DNA from: Verrucomicrobiota bacterium
GTDB lineage: Bacteria > Verrucomicrobiota > Verrucomicrobiia > Limisphaerales > CANJXF01
Direction: 5' to 3'
Assembly: GCA_039925885.1 (NCBI GenBank)
Contig: JBDSYB010000129.1
Location: 1 to 49,035 of the forward strand
DNA length: 49,035 bases
Shown: in pieces, positions 1 through 9,063 of the stretch
Layout: each line of letters begins with the position of its first letter
How positions within the stretch are numbered: the stretch's first letter is position 1
The notes under the pieces: model-generated
What the model saw: only the letters and a program-made list of their open reading frames with translations
Databases searched by the model: none
What the model was told of the DNA's origin: nothing
Made by a program: the position numbers and the translations under genes

Positions 1-489
1 AGCGCGTCCGCGTCGGCCCAACTTTTTATCAGCACCGCGAGAACGAAGGGATTGGCGGTTTCATCCATGCCGTTGCGAATGGCGAACCATCTCTCGGATA
101 AAAAGTCGTTGCAGGAATGGAAAAAAAAGACGCAAACGGCGCTGAGATTTAACTCGGCGGTCATTGCCGCCATTGACCTGCCACTTCAGGCAAAATCTAA
201 ATCAATGGAAAAATATTCCGAACAACTGCTGGCCGTTGCGGGATCGATTCTTGATTCAGAATCCATCGGACAGATTTTTATTGAAGGTGGAGCCACCGCT
301 TCTTCGCTCGTGCGGCAAATGGGGTGGAGCAGCCTGAGCGTCGTGCACGAGTGGGCGCCGGGAGTTGCTACGATGCGGGTCGAGAATGATGGCGGGCAAT
401 TTATCACCATCAAACCGGGCAGCTACCAATGGCCGCCGGAAATCGTCAGGCTCGCCGCCACCGAGCGCATTCCTTTTCCTGTGGCGTAA
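1..489 (+). CDS. four-carbon acid sugar kinase family protein (YgbK/OtnK-like), C-terminal part; 5' end lies outside the window
   Basis: Frame 1 is open from nt 1 to the stop at 489. IFIEGGATASSLVRQMGW...APGVATMRV...ITIKPGSYQWP resembles the nucleotide-binding C-terminal domain of this kinase family. Confidence 0.45.
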   Translation, partial: SASASAQLFISTARTKGLAVSSMPLRMANHLSDKKSLQEWKKKTQTALRFNSAVIAAIDLPLQAKSKSMEKYSEQLLAVAGSILDSESIGQIFIEGGATASSLVRQMGWSSLSVVHEWAPGVATMRVENDGGQFITIKPGSYQWPPEIVRLAATERIPFPVA

Positions 490-493
490 CTTG

Positions 494-3400
494 ATGATGA
501 CTCAATCCATCAACTTGCTCTCATTGCAGATGCGAAGGTGTTTCTCGGTCGTGATTATTTTTTTGGCGATGACTCCAGGCCGTGCCGCAGAGTTTCCGAA
601 AATTTACAACAGCGAAAAGGACAAATCCGCCGCGCCTCCTTCCGCCGGGGATTCGTTGGCCGCGCTGCAACTCCCGCCCGGCTTCAAAGCGACGGTGTTC
701 GCAGCAGAGCCGGATGTGCAAAATCCCATTGCCATGACATGGGATTCGCGTGGCCGGTTATGGATTGCAGAAAATTACACCTACGCCGAACCGGGAATCA
801 ATTTTGACCGGCGATTGCGGGATCGCATCCTGATTTTCGAGAACAGCAATGGCGACGGCCATTTTGATTCGCGAAAAGTTTTTACGGACGAAGTGCAAAT
901 GCTGACCAGCATCGAAGTCGGTCATGGCGGTGTGTGGGCAATGTGCCCGCCGCAATTATTTTTTATCCCCGACAAAAATGGAGATGGAATTCCCGACGGC
1001 GCGGCGGAAGTTGTTCTCGATGGTTTTAAGATTCCCTCCGCCAGTTATCATAATTTCGCCAACGGTTTGCGCTGGGGTCCCGACGGCTGGCTCTATGGTC
1101 GTTGCGGGGCATCGGCACCGGGGGAAATCGGAATTCCCGGGACTGCACCGAAAGACCGATTGCCGCTGCGTGGAGGAATCTGGCGTTATCATCCAGAGCG
1201 AAAAATTGTGGAAGTATTAACGTCAGGAACGGTCAATCCGTGGGGTCACGATTGGGACGAACATGGCGAAGCTTTTTTCGTGAACACCGTTTCAGGTCAT
1301 CTCTGGCACCTGATTCCCGGCGCGCACTTTGTCGCCGCCCACGCCGTGGATCCCAATGCGCGGGCTTACGAATTGATCAACACGCACGCCGACCATTGGC
1401 ATTTCGACACCGGAAAACCGTGGCAGGAATCGCGGGATGGCGCGGCGAATTCTTACGGAGGCGGACACGCGCACGCCGGGGCGATGATTTATCAAGGCGA
1501 CAACTGGCCGGAAAATTATCGCAATCACCTTTTCACTTTGAACATGCACGGTCGCCGCGCGAACCAGGAAATTTTGGAGCGCACCGGCTCCGGTTACGTG
1601 GCGCGACATGGAACCGACTGCTTTTTTTTCGGAGATAATTGGTTTCGCGGATTGGAGATCGGCTCTGGTCCTGATGGCGGCGTGTTCGTTCTGGATTGGA
1701 GCGACACCGGCGAATGTCACGGGAGCACCGGCGTTCATCGAACGTCCGGCCGTATTTTTAAAATAACTTATGGCGACCCAAAATTTAGTAGAGTGGATCT
1801 CGCGAGTTTGTCGGTAACGGAATTGGTCAAACTCCATTCGCACACCAATGATTGGTTTGTTCGACAGTCGCGGCTCCAACTTTCAGAAAGAGCGCTCAGG
1901 GGTGGCGACTTCAAGTCCGCGAAAACACAACTGGAAAATTTATTCCAGCAAGAAACCAATGTGGTCGTTCAACTCCGCGCCCTGTGGTCTCTCTACGCGA
2001 TTGGCGGAACCGATGAAAAATTTTTACGCGCGGCACTCAGTCACCCCAACGAGCATGTTCGCACCTGGGCCGTCCGTTTGCTCAGTGATCAATGGCCTCT
2101 CGATACCGCGGTTTCTCTCCGGCCCGCGAATCGGATCGAAGGTTCTCCCTCGCCTGCCATTGCGAAAAAATTTATTGAACTCGCGAAAAGCGATTCATCC
2201 GCACTTGTTCGTCTGGCTTTGGCGAGCGCCTTGCAGCGTCTGCCTTTTTCCGAGCGCGCTGAACTTGCCGCGCCTCTGCTCTCTCACGCCGAAGATGCTG
2301 GCGACCACAACCTGCCGTTCATGATCTGGTATGGCCTCATCCCACTCGGAGACAGTTCGCCGGAATCCCTCGTGTCGCTCGCGGCGGATTGCCGGATTCC
2401 ATTGGTGAGAAAATTTATCGCGCGCCGTCTCGCTGAAAATATTGATAAAAATTCAGTTGCTTTGAATGCCTTGCTAAAATTTACCACGACTCAATCCGAA
2501 TCATTCCAAGACGATGTTCTCGCGGGAATGTCAGAGGCGCTGCGCGGCTGGAGCAAAGCAAAAAAACCGCAAAGTTGGGTCGAGTTGCAAACGAAGTTGG
2601 CCACCTCGGAAAGTCCCACGCTGCGCAATCGCGTGCGAGACCTCAGCGTCCTTTTCGGCGACGGGCGCGCCCTTGATGAAGTCAAACGGATTGCTCTCGA
2701 TGACAAAAGCGCTTTGGCGTTTCGGCGATCTGCTTTGCAGACGTTGATTGAAAATCGGCCCCCCGACCTACGGCAAATCTGCGAACAACTCTTGCCCATT
2801 CGTTTTCTCAACACGACGGCTGTTCGAGGACTTGCTCTATTCGACGATGCGGCGATTGGAGAAAAACTCGCAAAAAATTATGAAAAATTTCATCACGCAG
2901 AACGAAGCGCGGTCATTGAAACGTTGGCTTCACGTCCAAGCTTTGCCAGGCCATTGCTTGAAGAAATTTTCTCCGGGCGAATTCCGCGCGCGGCTCTCAC
3001 ACCATTTCACGCCCGGCAAATCCGCAGCTTCAATGACCCGACGCTGACCAAAAGATTGACTGAAGTCTGGGGTGAATTGCGCGACAGCCCGGAAGATAAA
3101 AAAAGATTGATCGCAAAATTAAAAGCCAACCTCACACCAGAAACAATCGCCGGTGCGAACAAAATTCAGGGGCGCGTGATCTTTGAAAAAACCTGCGCCA
3201 CTTGTCACACGCTCTATGGAAACGGCGGGCGCATTGGGCCAGACCTGACCGGTTCTGGACGCGATAATTTGGATTACCTGCTGGAAAATATTATTGATCC
3301 CAGCGGAGTGGTGAGCGTCGATTTTCACATGTCCATTGTCGATCTGAAAGATGGCCGCACATTGAACGGATTGATCAGCGCAAAAACAGATCGCACCGTC

Positions 3401-3565
3401 ACTTTAAAAACGATCAACGAAACTTTGACGATGGAACGCAGCAGCATTGAAAGCATTCGCGAATCCGATCTATCACTCATGCCAGAAGGATTGCTGGACA
3501 ACTTAAGCGAAACAGAGGTGCGCGATTTGATCGCTTACTTGATGTCTCCATCCCAGGTTCTATGA
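494..3565 (+). CDS. PVC-type heme-binding CxxCH protein: dehydrogenase-like beta-propeller, HEAT-like repeats and a C-terminal cytochrome c domain
   Basis: The ATG at 494 directly follows the upstream stop. The N-terminus is hydrophobic (VVIIFLAMTPGRAAE). The middle is a long helical repeat region. A single heme motif CATCH lies at 3194-3208, followed by GPDL. Confidence 0.8.
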   Translation: MMTQSINLLSLQMRRCFSVVIIFLAMTPGRAAEFPKIYNSEKDKSAAPPSAGDSLAALQLPPGFKATVFAAEPDVQNPIAMTWDSRGRLWIAENYTYAEPGINFDRRLRDRILIFENSNGDGHFDSRKVFTDEVQMLTSIEVGHGGVWAMCPPQLFFIPDKNGDGIPDGAAEVVLDGFKIPSASYHNFANGLRWGPDGWLYGRCGASAPGEIGIPGTAPKDRLPLRGGIWRYHPERKIVEVLTSGTVNPWGHDWDEHGEAFFVNTVSGHLWHLIPGAHFVAAHAVDPNARAYELINTHADHWHFDTGKPWQESRDGAANSYGGGHAHAGAMIYQGDNWPENYRNHLFTLNMHGRRANQEILERTGSGYVARHGTDCFFFGDNWFRGLEIGSGPDGGVFVLDWSDTGECHGSTGVHRTSGRIFKITYGDPKFSRVDLASLSVTELVKLHSHTNDWFVRQSRLQLSERALRGGDFKSAKTQLENLFQQETNVVVQLRALWSLYAIGGTDEKFLRAALSHPNEHVRTWAVRLLSDQWPLDTAVSLRPANRIEGSPSPAIAKKFIELAKSDSSALVRLALASALQRLPFSERAELAAPLLSHAEDAGDHNLPFMIWYGLIPLGDSSPESLVSLAADCRIPLVRKFIARRLAENIDKNSVALNALLKFTTTQSESFQDDVLAGMSEALRGWSKAKKPQSWVELQTKLATSESPTLRNRVRDLSVLFGDGRALDEVKRIALDDKSALAFRRSALQTLIENRPPDLRQICEQLLPIRFLNTTAVRGLALFDDAAIGEKLAKNYEKFHHAERSAVIETLASRPSFARPLLEEIFSGRIPRAALTPFHARQIRSFNDPTLTKRLTEVWGELRDSPEDKKRLIAKLKANLTPETIAGANKIQGRVIFEKTCATCHTLYGNGGRIGPDLTGSGRDNLDYLLENIIDPSGVVSVDFHMSIVDLKDGRTLNGLISAKTDRTVTLKTINETLTMERSSIESIRESDLSLMPEGLLDNLSETEVRDLIAYLMSPSQVL

Positions 3566-4893
3566 AAAATCTCAACCGCCATATCCCACGAATCTCACCG
3601 CCCAATCACGAGCGCATGATGAAACATTGGCGCGTGCTCTGCGAAGAAATTGGCGAGCGCCGCGCCGGCAGCAAAAATGAAACGATGGCTGCGGATTATT
3701 TGCTAAAGCAGTTTCGCGAACTTGGATTGTCGTCGGTCGCCGCTGAAGAATTTCCCTGCATCACTCTGGAAAAATCGGAAGTGCTTTTGAAAGTGAATAC
3801 GCCAAAAGGGTTTCGCAAAATTCCCGGTCGCGCTCTGGTGGGCGCGCCTTCGACAGCGGGCAACAAGGAGATTTCCGCCGAAATGGTTTGGGTCGAGATG
3901 CCGGAACAAGCATCACGACTTTTCCAAAAAAATTTGCGCGGCAAGATTGTCGTCCTCTTCGGGCCGCTGCCGAACGATGTCGGTTTGCATCGCAAGCTCG
4001 TCAGCCTCGCGCCAGCGGCAGTGATTCACGTGGATGATCGTCTTCCTTTCGACTGGCAAAAAGACGACGGCGTTTATCCAGAGTGGGTTCGCCGCTACGG
4101 AATGCCGCCGATGATTTCCATTCCATATCGCGTGGCGTGGGATTTGAAAAAGTTGGGATGCAACGAAGCGAAAATTCGTGTTTGTGTTCAGCAGCGGGAA
4201 GGAATTTCCCAAAATGTCGTCGCGGAAATTCCTGGATCGAATCCGAAACTTCCGCTCATTCAAGTCAGCGCACACCATGACACGCAATGCAACACCATCG
4301 GCGCAGACGACAATGCGTCGGGAGTGATTGGTTTGTTGGAACTCGCCGCCTTGCTGAAAAACAGCCGGCCACTTCGCACGATCCGTTTCATTTCATTTGG
4401 AACGGAAGAACAACTTTCGGTGGGCGCGGCGCACTATGTGAAAACACATCGCAAAGGTCTCTCCAGAATTGGCGCGGTGCTCAACCTCGACGGGATTTCT
4501 TCTGTGCTGGGTCACAATTATCTTTTTCGCGCGGGCCAACCGGAATTTGGATCGACACTTGTTCGACTTCTGGCGGAAAAAGGACTGGACGTAAAAGAGA
4601 CGAACATTCTTTCACCTTACGGAGACCATTTTCCTTTTTCAGTTTATGGAATTCCGTCGATGACGCTTTCGCGACCGAACCTGCATTTCTTCATGAGCTG
4701 GAAACACCACAGCCTTCACGACACGTTGGACCAAGTTTCCGTCGAAGCGACGGCAAAAATTATTCGCGCGCTGGCTGGAGTTATTTCTTCGCTGGGCGCT
4801 CGCGAGAAATGGCCGTTCGCACGCGGTCTTCCGCGCGATCAAGCCGTTGCAACACGAAAGCTCGCCCGTGATTTGTATGGAATGAATGTCTGA
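3562..4893 (+). CDS. M28 family metallopeptidase (aminopeptidase-like)
   Basis: ATGA start/stop overlap with the upstream gene. SAHHDT, ADDNASGV and FGTEE are metal-ligand type motifs of M28 peptidases. Confidence 0.7.
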   Translation: MKNLNRHIPRISPPNHERMMKHWRVLCEEIGERRAGSKNETMAADYLLKQFRELGLSSVAAEEFPCITLEKSEVLLKVNTPKGFRKIPGRALVGAPSTAGNKEISAEMVWVEMPEQASRLFQKNLRGKIVVLFGPLPNDVGLHRKLVSLAPAAVIHVDDRLPFDWQKDDGVYPEWVRRYGMPPMISIPYRVAWDLKKLGCNEAKIRVCVQQREGISQNVVAEIPGSNPKLPLIQVSAHHDTQCNTIGADDNASGVIGLLELAALLKNSRPLRTIRFISFGTEEQLSVGAAHYVKTHRKGLSRIGAVLNLDGISSVLGHNYLFRAGQPEFGSTLVRLLAEKGLDVKETNILSPYGDHFPFSVYGIPSMTLSRPNLHFFMSWKHHSLHDTLDQVSVEATAKIIRALAGVISSLGAREKWPFARGLPRDQAVATRKLARDLYGMNV

Positions 4894-4896
4894 ACC

Positions 4897-5466
4897 ATGC
4901 AGCCGATGAATACGCCAACCCAATTATCGCTCACGTTTCGCTGTATTGAAGAAGTGGATGTAAAACCGTCTCTCGATTTGGCGATCAAGAATTTTTTGTG
5001 CGTCTGTTCGCCTGAAGGAATTTCCGCCTTTTCAAAAACTCGTTATTGGCACGGCTCAAAACCAACTTACTCGTTCCTCGGAGAAATCGACGGAAAAATT
5101 CTCGCTCACGTCGGCGTTGTCACTCGACAGATTCGCGTGGGCGCGGAGCAAATTGACATCGCAGGAATTCAAAATCTTGCGGTGCATCCAGAATCGCGCG
5201 GGCGGGGTTTCGCGCAGCAAATCATGACCGCCGCGATGGACGAAGCCGCGCGACGCGAGATTCCATTTGGACTTTTGTTCTGCGTGGCAAAGTTGGAACG
5301 CTTTTATAATTCGCTGGGCTGGCGCACTCGTGTTGGGAAACCAACCATGCTCGATTCGCATGGGAATCGCGTTCCGATTCCAGAGAAAAATAGTTGCATG
5401 TTTAAAAATCTCCGCGCGGCCACTTTTCCCTCTGGAGAAATTTTTTTGCAAGGCGCGGACTGGTGA
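4897..5466 (+). CDS. GNAT family N-acetyltransferase
   Basis: 189 aa. IQNLAVHPESRGRGFAQQIM matches the acetyl-CoA binding motif A of GNAT enzymes. Confidence 0.7.
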   Translation: MQPMNTPTQLSLTFRCIEEVDVKPSLDLAIKNFLCVCSPEGISAFSKTRYWHGSKPTYSFLGEIDGKILAHVGVVTRQIRVGAEQIDIAGIQNLAVHPESRGRGFAQQIMTAAMDEAARREIPFGLLFCVAKLERFYNSLGWRTRVGKPTMLDSHGNRVPIPEKNSCMFKNLRAATFPSGEIFLQGADW

Positions 5467-5476
5467 AAAACAATTT

Positions 5477-6502
5477 ATGAAAAACATTGCCATCGCAGGT
5501 TTCGGTTTCATGGGTTCAATGCACGCGCAGGTTTATCAATCGTTGCCGGAAGCCCGACTCGTCGGCGTCGTGGATTCGCGGGTCGAGGTTGCCAAAGAAT
5601 CGCTGAAGAAACTTGGTATTGACGCGCCGGTTTTTTCCGACTTAAAAACGCTCTTCAAAAATAGCTCCGTTGATGCCGTGGATATTTGTTTGCCGACCGA
5701 CCTTCACCACGTCACGGCCCTGGAAGCGATTGAAAATGGCAAACACGTTTTTCTCGAAAAGCCCATTGCCCGAACGTTGAACGAAGCGGAACAAATCATG
5801 AGCGCGGCGAAGCGCAAAGGTGTTCGCCTGATGATTGGTCACTGCATCCGCTTCTGGCCGGAATATGAAGCGTTGACGAAATTCGTTCGTGAACAACGCG
5901 CCGGAAAATTGTTGAGCCTTTCGATGCAACGCCGCACCAGCCCGCCTCACTCTGGCAGCGCGACCTGGCAGTTGGACGAGGAACGTTCGCTCGGCTGCGT
6001 CGTGGAACTGCACATTCACGACACGGATTTCGTTCATCATCTTCTGGGAAAACCAAAGTCAGTCACCTCCATCGGCACTCGTGATTCATCGGGCTGGTCG
6101 CACATTTTCACGACCTACGAATTTCCGGACATGATTGTGCAAGCGGAAGGCGGTTGGAATTACCCGTCGAAATGGGGATTTCAAATGGCGTTTCAAGCCG
6201 TCTTTGAACGCGGCTCTGTGGAATACGATAGCCGCGCAAATCCGACTCTGACCTGCGCGCTGGAAAATCATGCGCCTGCTCCGCTCGCGTTCGATGCGCC
6301 TGTTGCTGGCAGTTCAAAAAGCGGTGCGGGAAATATCAGTTCGCTCGGCGGCTACCAGCGCGAACTCGAATATTTCGTCAATTGTCTTGAGCAAAATCGC
6401 GACCCGGAAATTTCCACGGGCGAACAAGCCACTGATTCTTTACGCACTTGTTTTGCCGAAATAAAATCGTGCGCCGAACGCCGCGCCATTTCACTGGAGT
6501 AA
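5477..6502 (+). CDS. Gfo/Idh/MocA family oxidoreductase
   Basis: The internal ATG at 5477 gives MKNIAIAGFGFMGSMHAQ (Rossmann GxGxxG). The VFLEKPIA motif is present. The longer track ORF from 5267 overlaps the GNAT gene. Confidence 0.8.
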   Translation: MKNIAIAGFGFMGSMHAQVYQSLPEARLVGVVDSRVEVAKESLKKLGIDAPVFSDLKTLFKNSSVDAVDICLPTDLHHVTALEAIENGKHVFLEKPIARTLNEAEQIMSAAKRKGVRLMIGHCIRFWPEYEALTKFVREQRAGKLLSLSMQRRTSPPHSGSATWQLDEERSLGCVVELHIHDTDFVHHLLGKPKSVTSIGTRDSSGWSHIFTTYEFPDMIVQAEGGWNYPSKWGFQMAFQAVFERGSVEYDSRANPTLTCALENHAPAPLAFDAPVAGSSKSGAGNISSLGGYQRELEYFVNCLEQNRDPEISTGEQATDSLRTCFAEIKSCAERRAISLE

Positions 6503-6504
6503 TC

Positions 6505-7395
6505 ATGAAAAAATCCATCAGCAATTGGTCGTTTTACGGAAACTGGAATCTTCCGGAGAAATTCGCGCTGGCGAGAGAAGCGGGTTTCGCCGGATTTGAA
6601 ATTGATTTATCGGAAGATGGCCCGGTGAATTTTAAAAGCAGCCAAGCCGATTTGATTGCATTGCGGAAACAGGCGGACAAATCCGGTCTCGTCCTCAGCG
6701 GATTGGCTTCGGGACTTTATTGGAATTTCAATGGCGCGAGTGAAAATCCCGCGACTCGTCAGAAAGCTGCGGAACTTCTCGAGCGCCAAATCGTCTGCGC
6801 AAATCATCTCGGCATCGACGCGATATTGGTCGTGCCCGCGACGGTGGGCGTGGATTTTATTCCGAACGCGGAAGTGGTTCGCTACGACGTGGCGCTGGAG
6901 CGCGCAAAGAAACTCGTTCAAGGCGCGCTTCCACTCGCGGAAAAACTCGGTGTCACAATCGGCATCGAAAATGTTTGGAATAAATTCCTTCTCAGCCCGC
7001 TCGAAATGCGCGACTTCATCGACAGCTTCGGAAGCGAACGCGTCGGCGCTTATTTCGACGTCGGCAACGCACTCAATACCGGTTATCCCGAGCAATGGAT
7101 TTCAATTCTCGGTTCGCGCATCACGCGCGTTCACTTGAAAGATTTTCGTCGCAACGTCGGCACGGTGGACGGTTTTGTTGATTTGCTTTCCGGCGATGTC
7201 GATTGGAGAGCTGTCGTGACCGCGCTGCGTGAAATCAAATACACAGGCTGGTGCGTCGCTGAAATGATTCCGCCCGTTCCATTTTATAAACACGCGCCGG
7301 AAGCTTTGATTTTCAATTCGTCGCGCGCGATGGATGCGATTTTTGCGCTGGGGGGAACGGCGAAATTACCGCGCGCAAGAAAGGCTCGTTCATGA
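6505..7395 (+). CDS. sugar phosphate isomerase/epimerase (xylose isomerase-like TIM barrel)
   Basis: The ATG at 6505 lies 3 nt after the upstream stop. GFAGFEIDL, IGIENVWN and YFDVGN are motifs typical of this TIM-barrel family. Confidence 0.75.
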   Translation: MKKSISNWSFYGNWNLPEKFALAREAGFAGFEIDLSEDGPVNFKSSQADLIALRKQADKSGLVLSGLASGLYWNFNGASENPATRQKAAELLERQIVCANHLGIDAILVVPATVGVDFIPNAEVVRYDVALERAKKLVQGALPLAEKLGVTIGIENVWNKFLLSPLEMRDFIDSFGSERVGAYFDVGNALNTGYPEQWISILGSRITRVHLKDFRRNVGTVDGFVDLLSGDVDWRAVVTALREIKYTGWCVAEMIPPVPFYKHAPEALIFNSSRAMDAIFALGGTAKLPRARKARS

Positions 7396-8102
7396 AACCG
7401 CGATTGGCTCTCCACGATATTCCAAGCTCAATTATTTTTTTTATTATTCTCATTTGCATGACTCTCTCTCCCAAATCACGGGCCGCTGAAACTGCGCGAA
7501 TGATTCGCGTCGCCTGCGTCGGTGACAGCATTACTTACGGCTCAAAAGTCGAAGATCGCGCTCGAAACAATTATCCCAAAGTGTTGAACGAAATTTTGGG
7601 GAAGAATTTTGAAACAAAAAATTTTGGAGTGAGTGGCGCGACGCTGTCGAAACGCGGCAACAAACCGTATTGGAATTTGCCGCAGTTCAAGGCCGTCGCG
7701 GAATTTGAGCCGGACGCCGTGGTCATCGCACTCGGCACAAATGATTCGAAGCCGAACAATTGGAAGTCAAAATCAGACTTCGCCAACGATGCTCGCGCTA
7801 TGATGGAGCATTTCCAAAATCTGGCGACAAAGCCACGCGTTTGGATTTGTCTGCCGCCGCCGGTGTTTCAGAAAGACGAGGACGGCATCAATGAGGAAAC
7901 CATCAAAGAAGAAATTATCCCGGAAATCATGCGTGTCGCGCAGGAATTGAAAATTCCAGTAATCGACTTCCATGACGCAATGAAAGGACACTCGAAATTA
8001 TTTCCTGATGGAATTCATCCGAACGCCGCTGGCGCAAAGTTGATTGCGGAAATCGTCGCGAAATCTCTTGGCACAGTGGAATTGCAAAAAACCACAAAAT
8101 GA
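7392..8102 (+). CDS. secreted SGNH/GDSL hydrolase (carbohydrate esterase-like)
   Basis: ATGA overlap with the upstream gene and a hydrophobic leader. SGNH blocks are present: VACVGDSITYGS, GVSGAT, LGTNDS, DGIHPN. Confidence 0.75.
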   Translation: MKPRLALHDIPSSIIFFIILICMTLSPKSRAAETARMIRVACVGDSITYGSKVEDRARNNYPKVLNEILGKNFETKNFGVSGATLSKRGNKPYWNLPQFKAVAEFEPDAVVIALGTNDSKPNNWKSKSDFANDARAMMEHFQNLATKPRVWICLPPPVFQKDEDGINEETIKEEIIPEIMRVAQELKIPVIDFHDAMKGHSKLFPDGIHPNAAGAKLIAEIVAKSLGTVELQKTTK

Positions 8103-9016
8103 AGAAACGCTATCCATCCTGTATTCTTGCGACCTGCTGCATTCCGTGGAACGAAGATGGAACGCTGGCGGAAGAAGTTTTCCGGCGCGAAATTCGAAAC
8201 CTGCGCGACAACCTCACGCGCCACCTTTATTTGTTTGGCACTGCGGGTGAAGGTCACGCCGTCACCGAAAAGCAATACGAACAAATCATCCGGATTTTTC
8301 ACGAGGAAACCCTACAGCCAGACACGCATCCAATGATTGGCGTGATTCATCTTTCGCTTGGCACGATCATTGAACGAATCGAACGCGCTCGCGAGCTGGG
8401 TTTTCGCGCATTTCAAATTTCGCTGCCCAGTTGGGGCGCTTTGAATGACCGCGAGATGATGACGTTTTTCCAGGAAACCTGCGGACGGTTTCCAGACTGC
8501 TCGTTTCTGCACTACAACTTGCAGCGCGTAAAACGTCTCGTCACCCCAGAGGAATACGCAAACCTGGCGAAGCAATTTCCCAATCTCGTCGCCACAAAAA
8601 ACAGCACCGATTCGATGAACAGCATCATCGGCTTGATGACCCAGGCGCCGGAGCTTCAGCATTTCTACACCGAGACGGGTTTTGGCTACGGCGCTTTGCT
8701 CGGCGAATGCGGATTTTTAATTTCCGTTGCTTCGATGAATTTTCAAAGAGGGCGCGAATATTTTGAAGCTGGACGTGATCATAACCAGGAGAAACTTTTG
8801 GCAATGCAGCAGGAACTAAAACATCTGACGAATGATTTCATCGCGTTTGTCGGCAATGAGGCGCACATGGATGGGGCTTACGATAAATTTTTTTGCAAAA
8901 TGCATGACCCGGAATTTTCACTTCGCCTGTTGCCACCTTACTCGGATTTCAATGATCAGACCTTTGATAAGTTCGTGAAGTTCGCACGAGAGAAGTACCC
9001 CCACTGGATTTCCTGA
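8099..9016 (+). CDS. dihydrodipicolinate synthase / N-acetylneuraminate lyase family class I aldolase
   Basis: ATGA overlap with the upstream gene. LFGTAGEG is GTTGE-like, and NLVATKNSTD matches the position of the Schiff-base lysine motif of the DapA/NanA family. Confidence 0.65.
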   Translation: MKKRYPSCILATCCIPWNEDGTLAEEVFRREIRNLRDNLTRHLYLFGTAGEGHAVTEKQYEQIIRIFHEETLQPDTHPMIGVIHLSLGTIIERIERARELGFRAFQISLPSWGALNDREMMTFFQETCGRFPDCSFLHYNLQRVKRLVTPEEYANLAKQFPNLVATKNSTDSMNSIIGLMTQAPELQHFYTETGFGYGALLGECGFLISVASMNFQRGREYFEAGRDHNQEKLLAMQQELKHLTNDFIAFVGNEAHMDGAYDKFFCKMHDPEFSLRLLPPYSDFNDQTFDKFVKFAREKYPHWIS

Positions 9017-9063
9017 TGTCTATATGGATTTGCTGAAGTCATTTTCGGATAGGGCAAACGTTA

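Noticed and set aside
365-493. An N-terminal extension of the heme-protein ORF, which would give a 1066-aa version starting at 365.
   Set aside because: It overlaps the 3' end of the upstream kinase-like gene in another frame. The ATG at 494 directly follows that gene's stop and gives a sensible hydrophobic leader.
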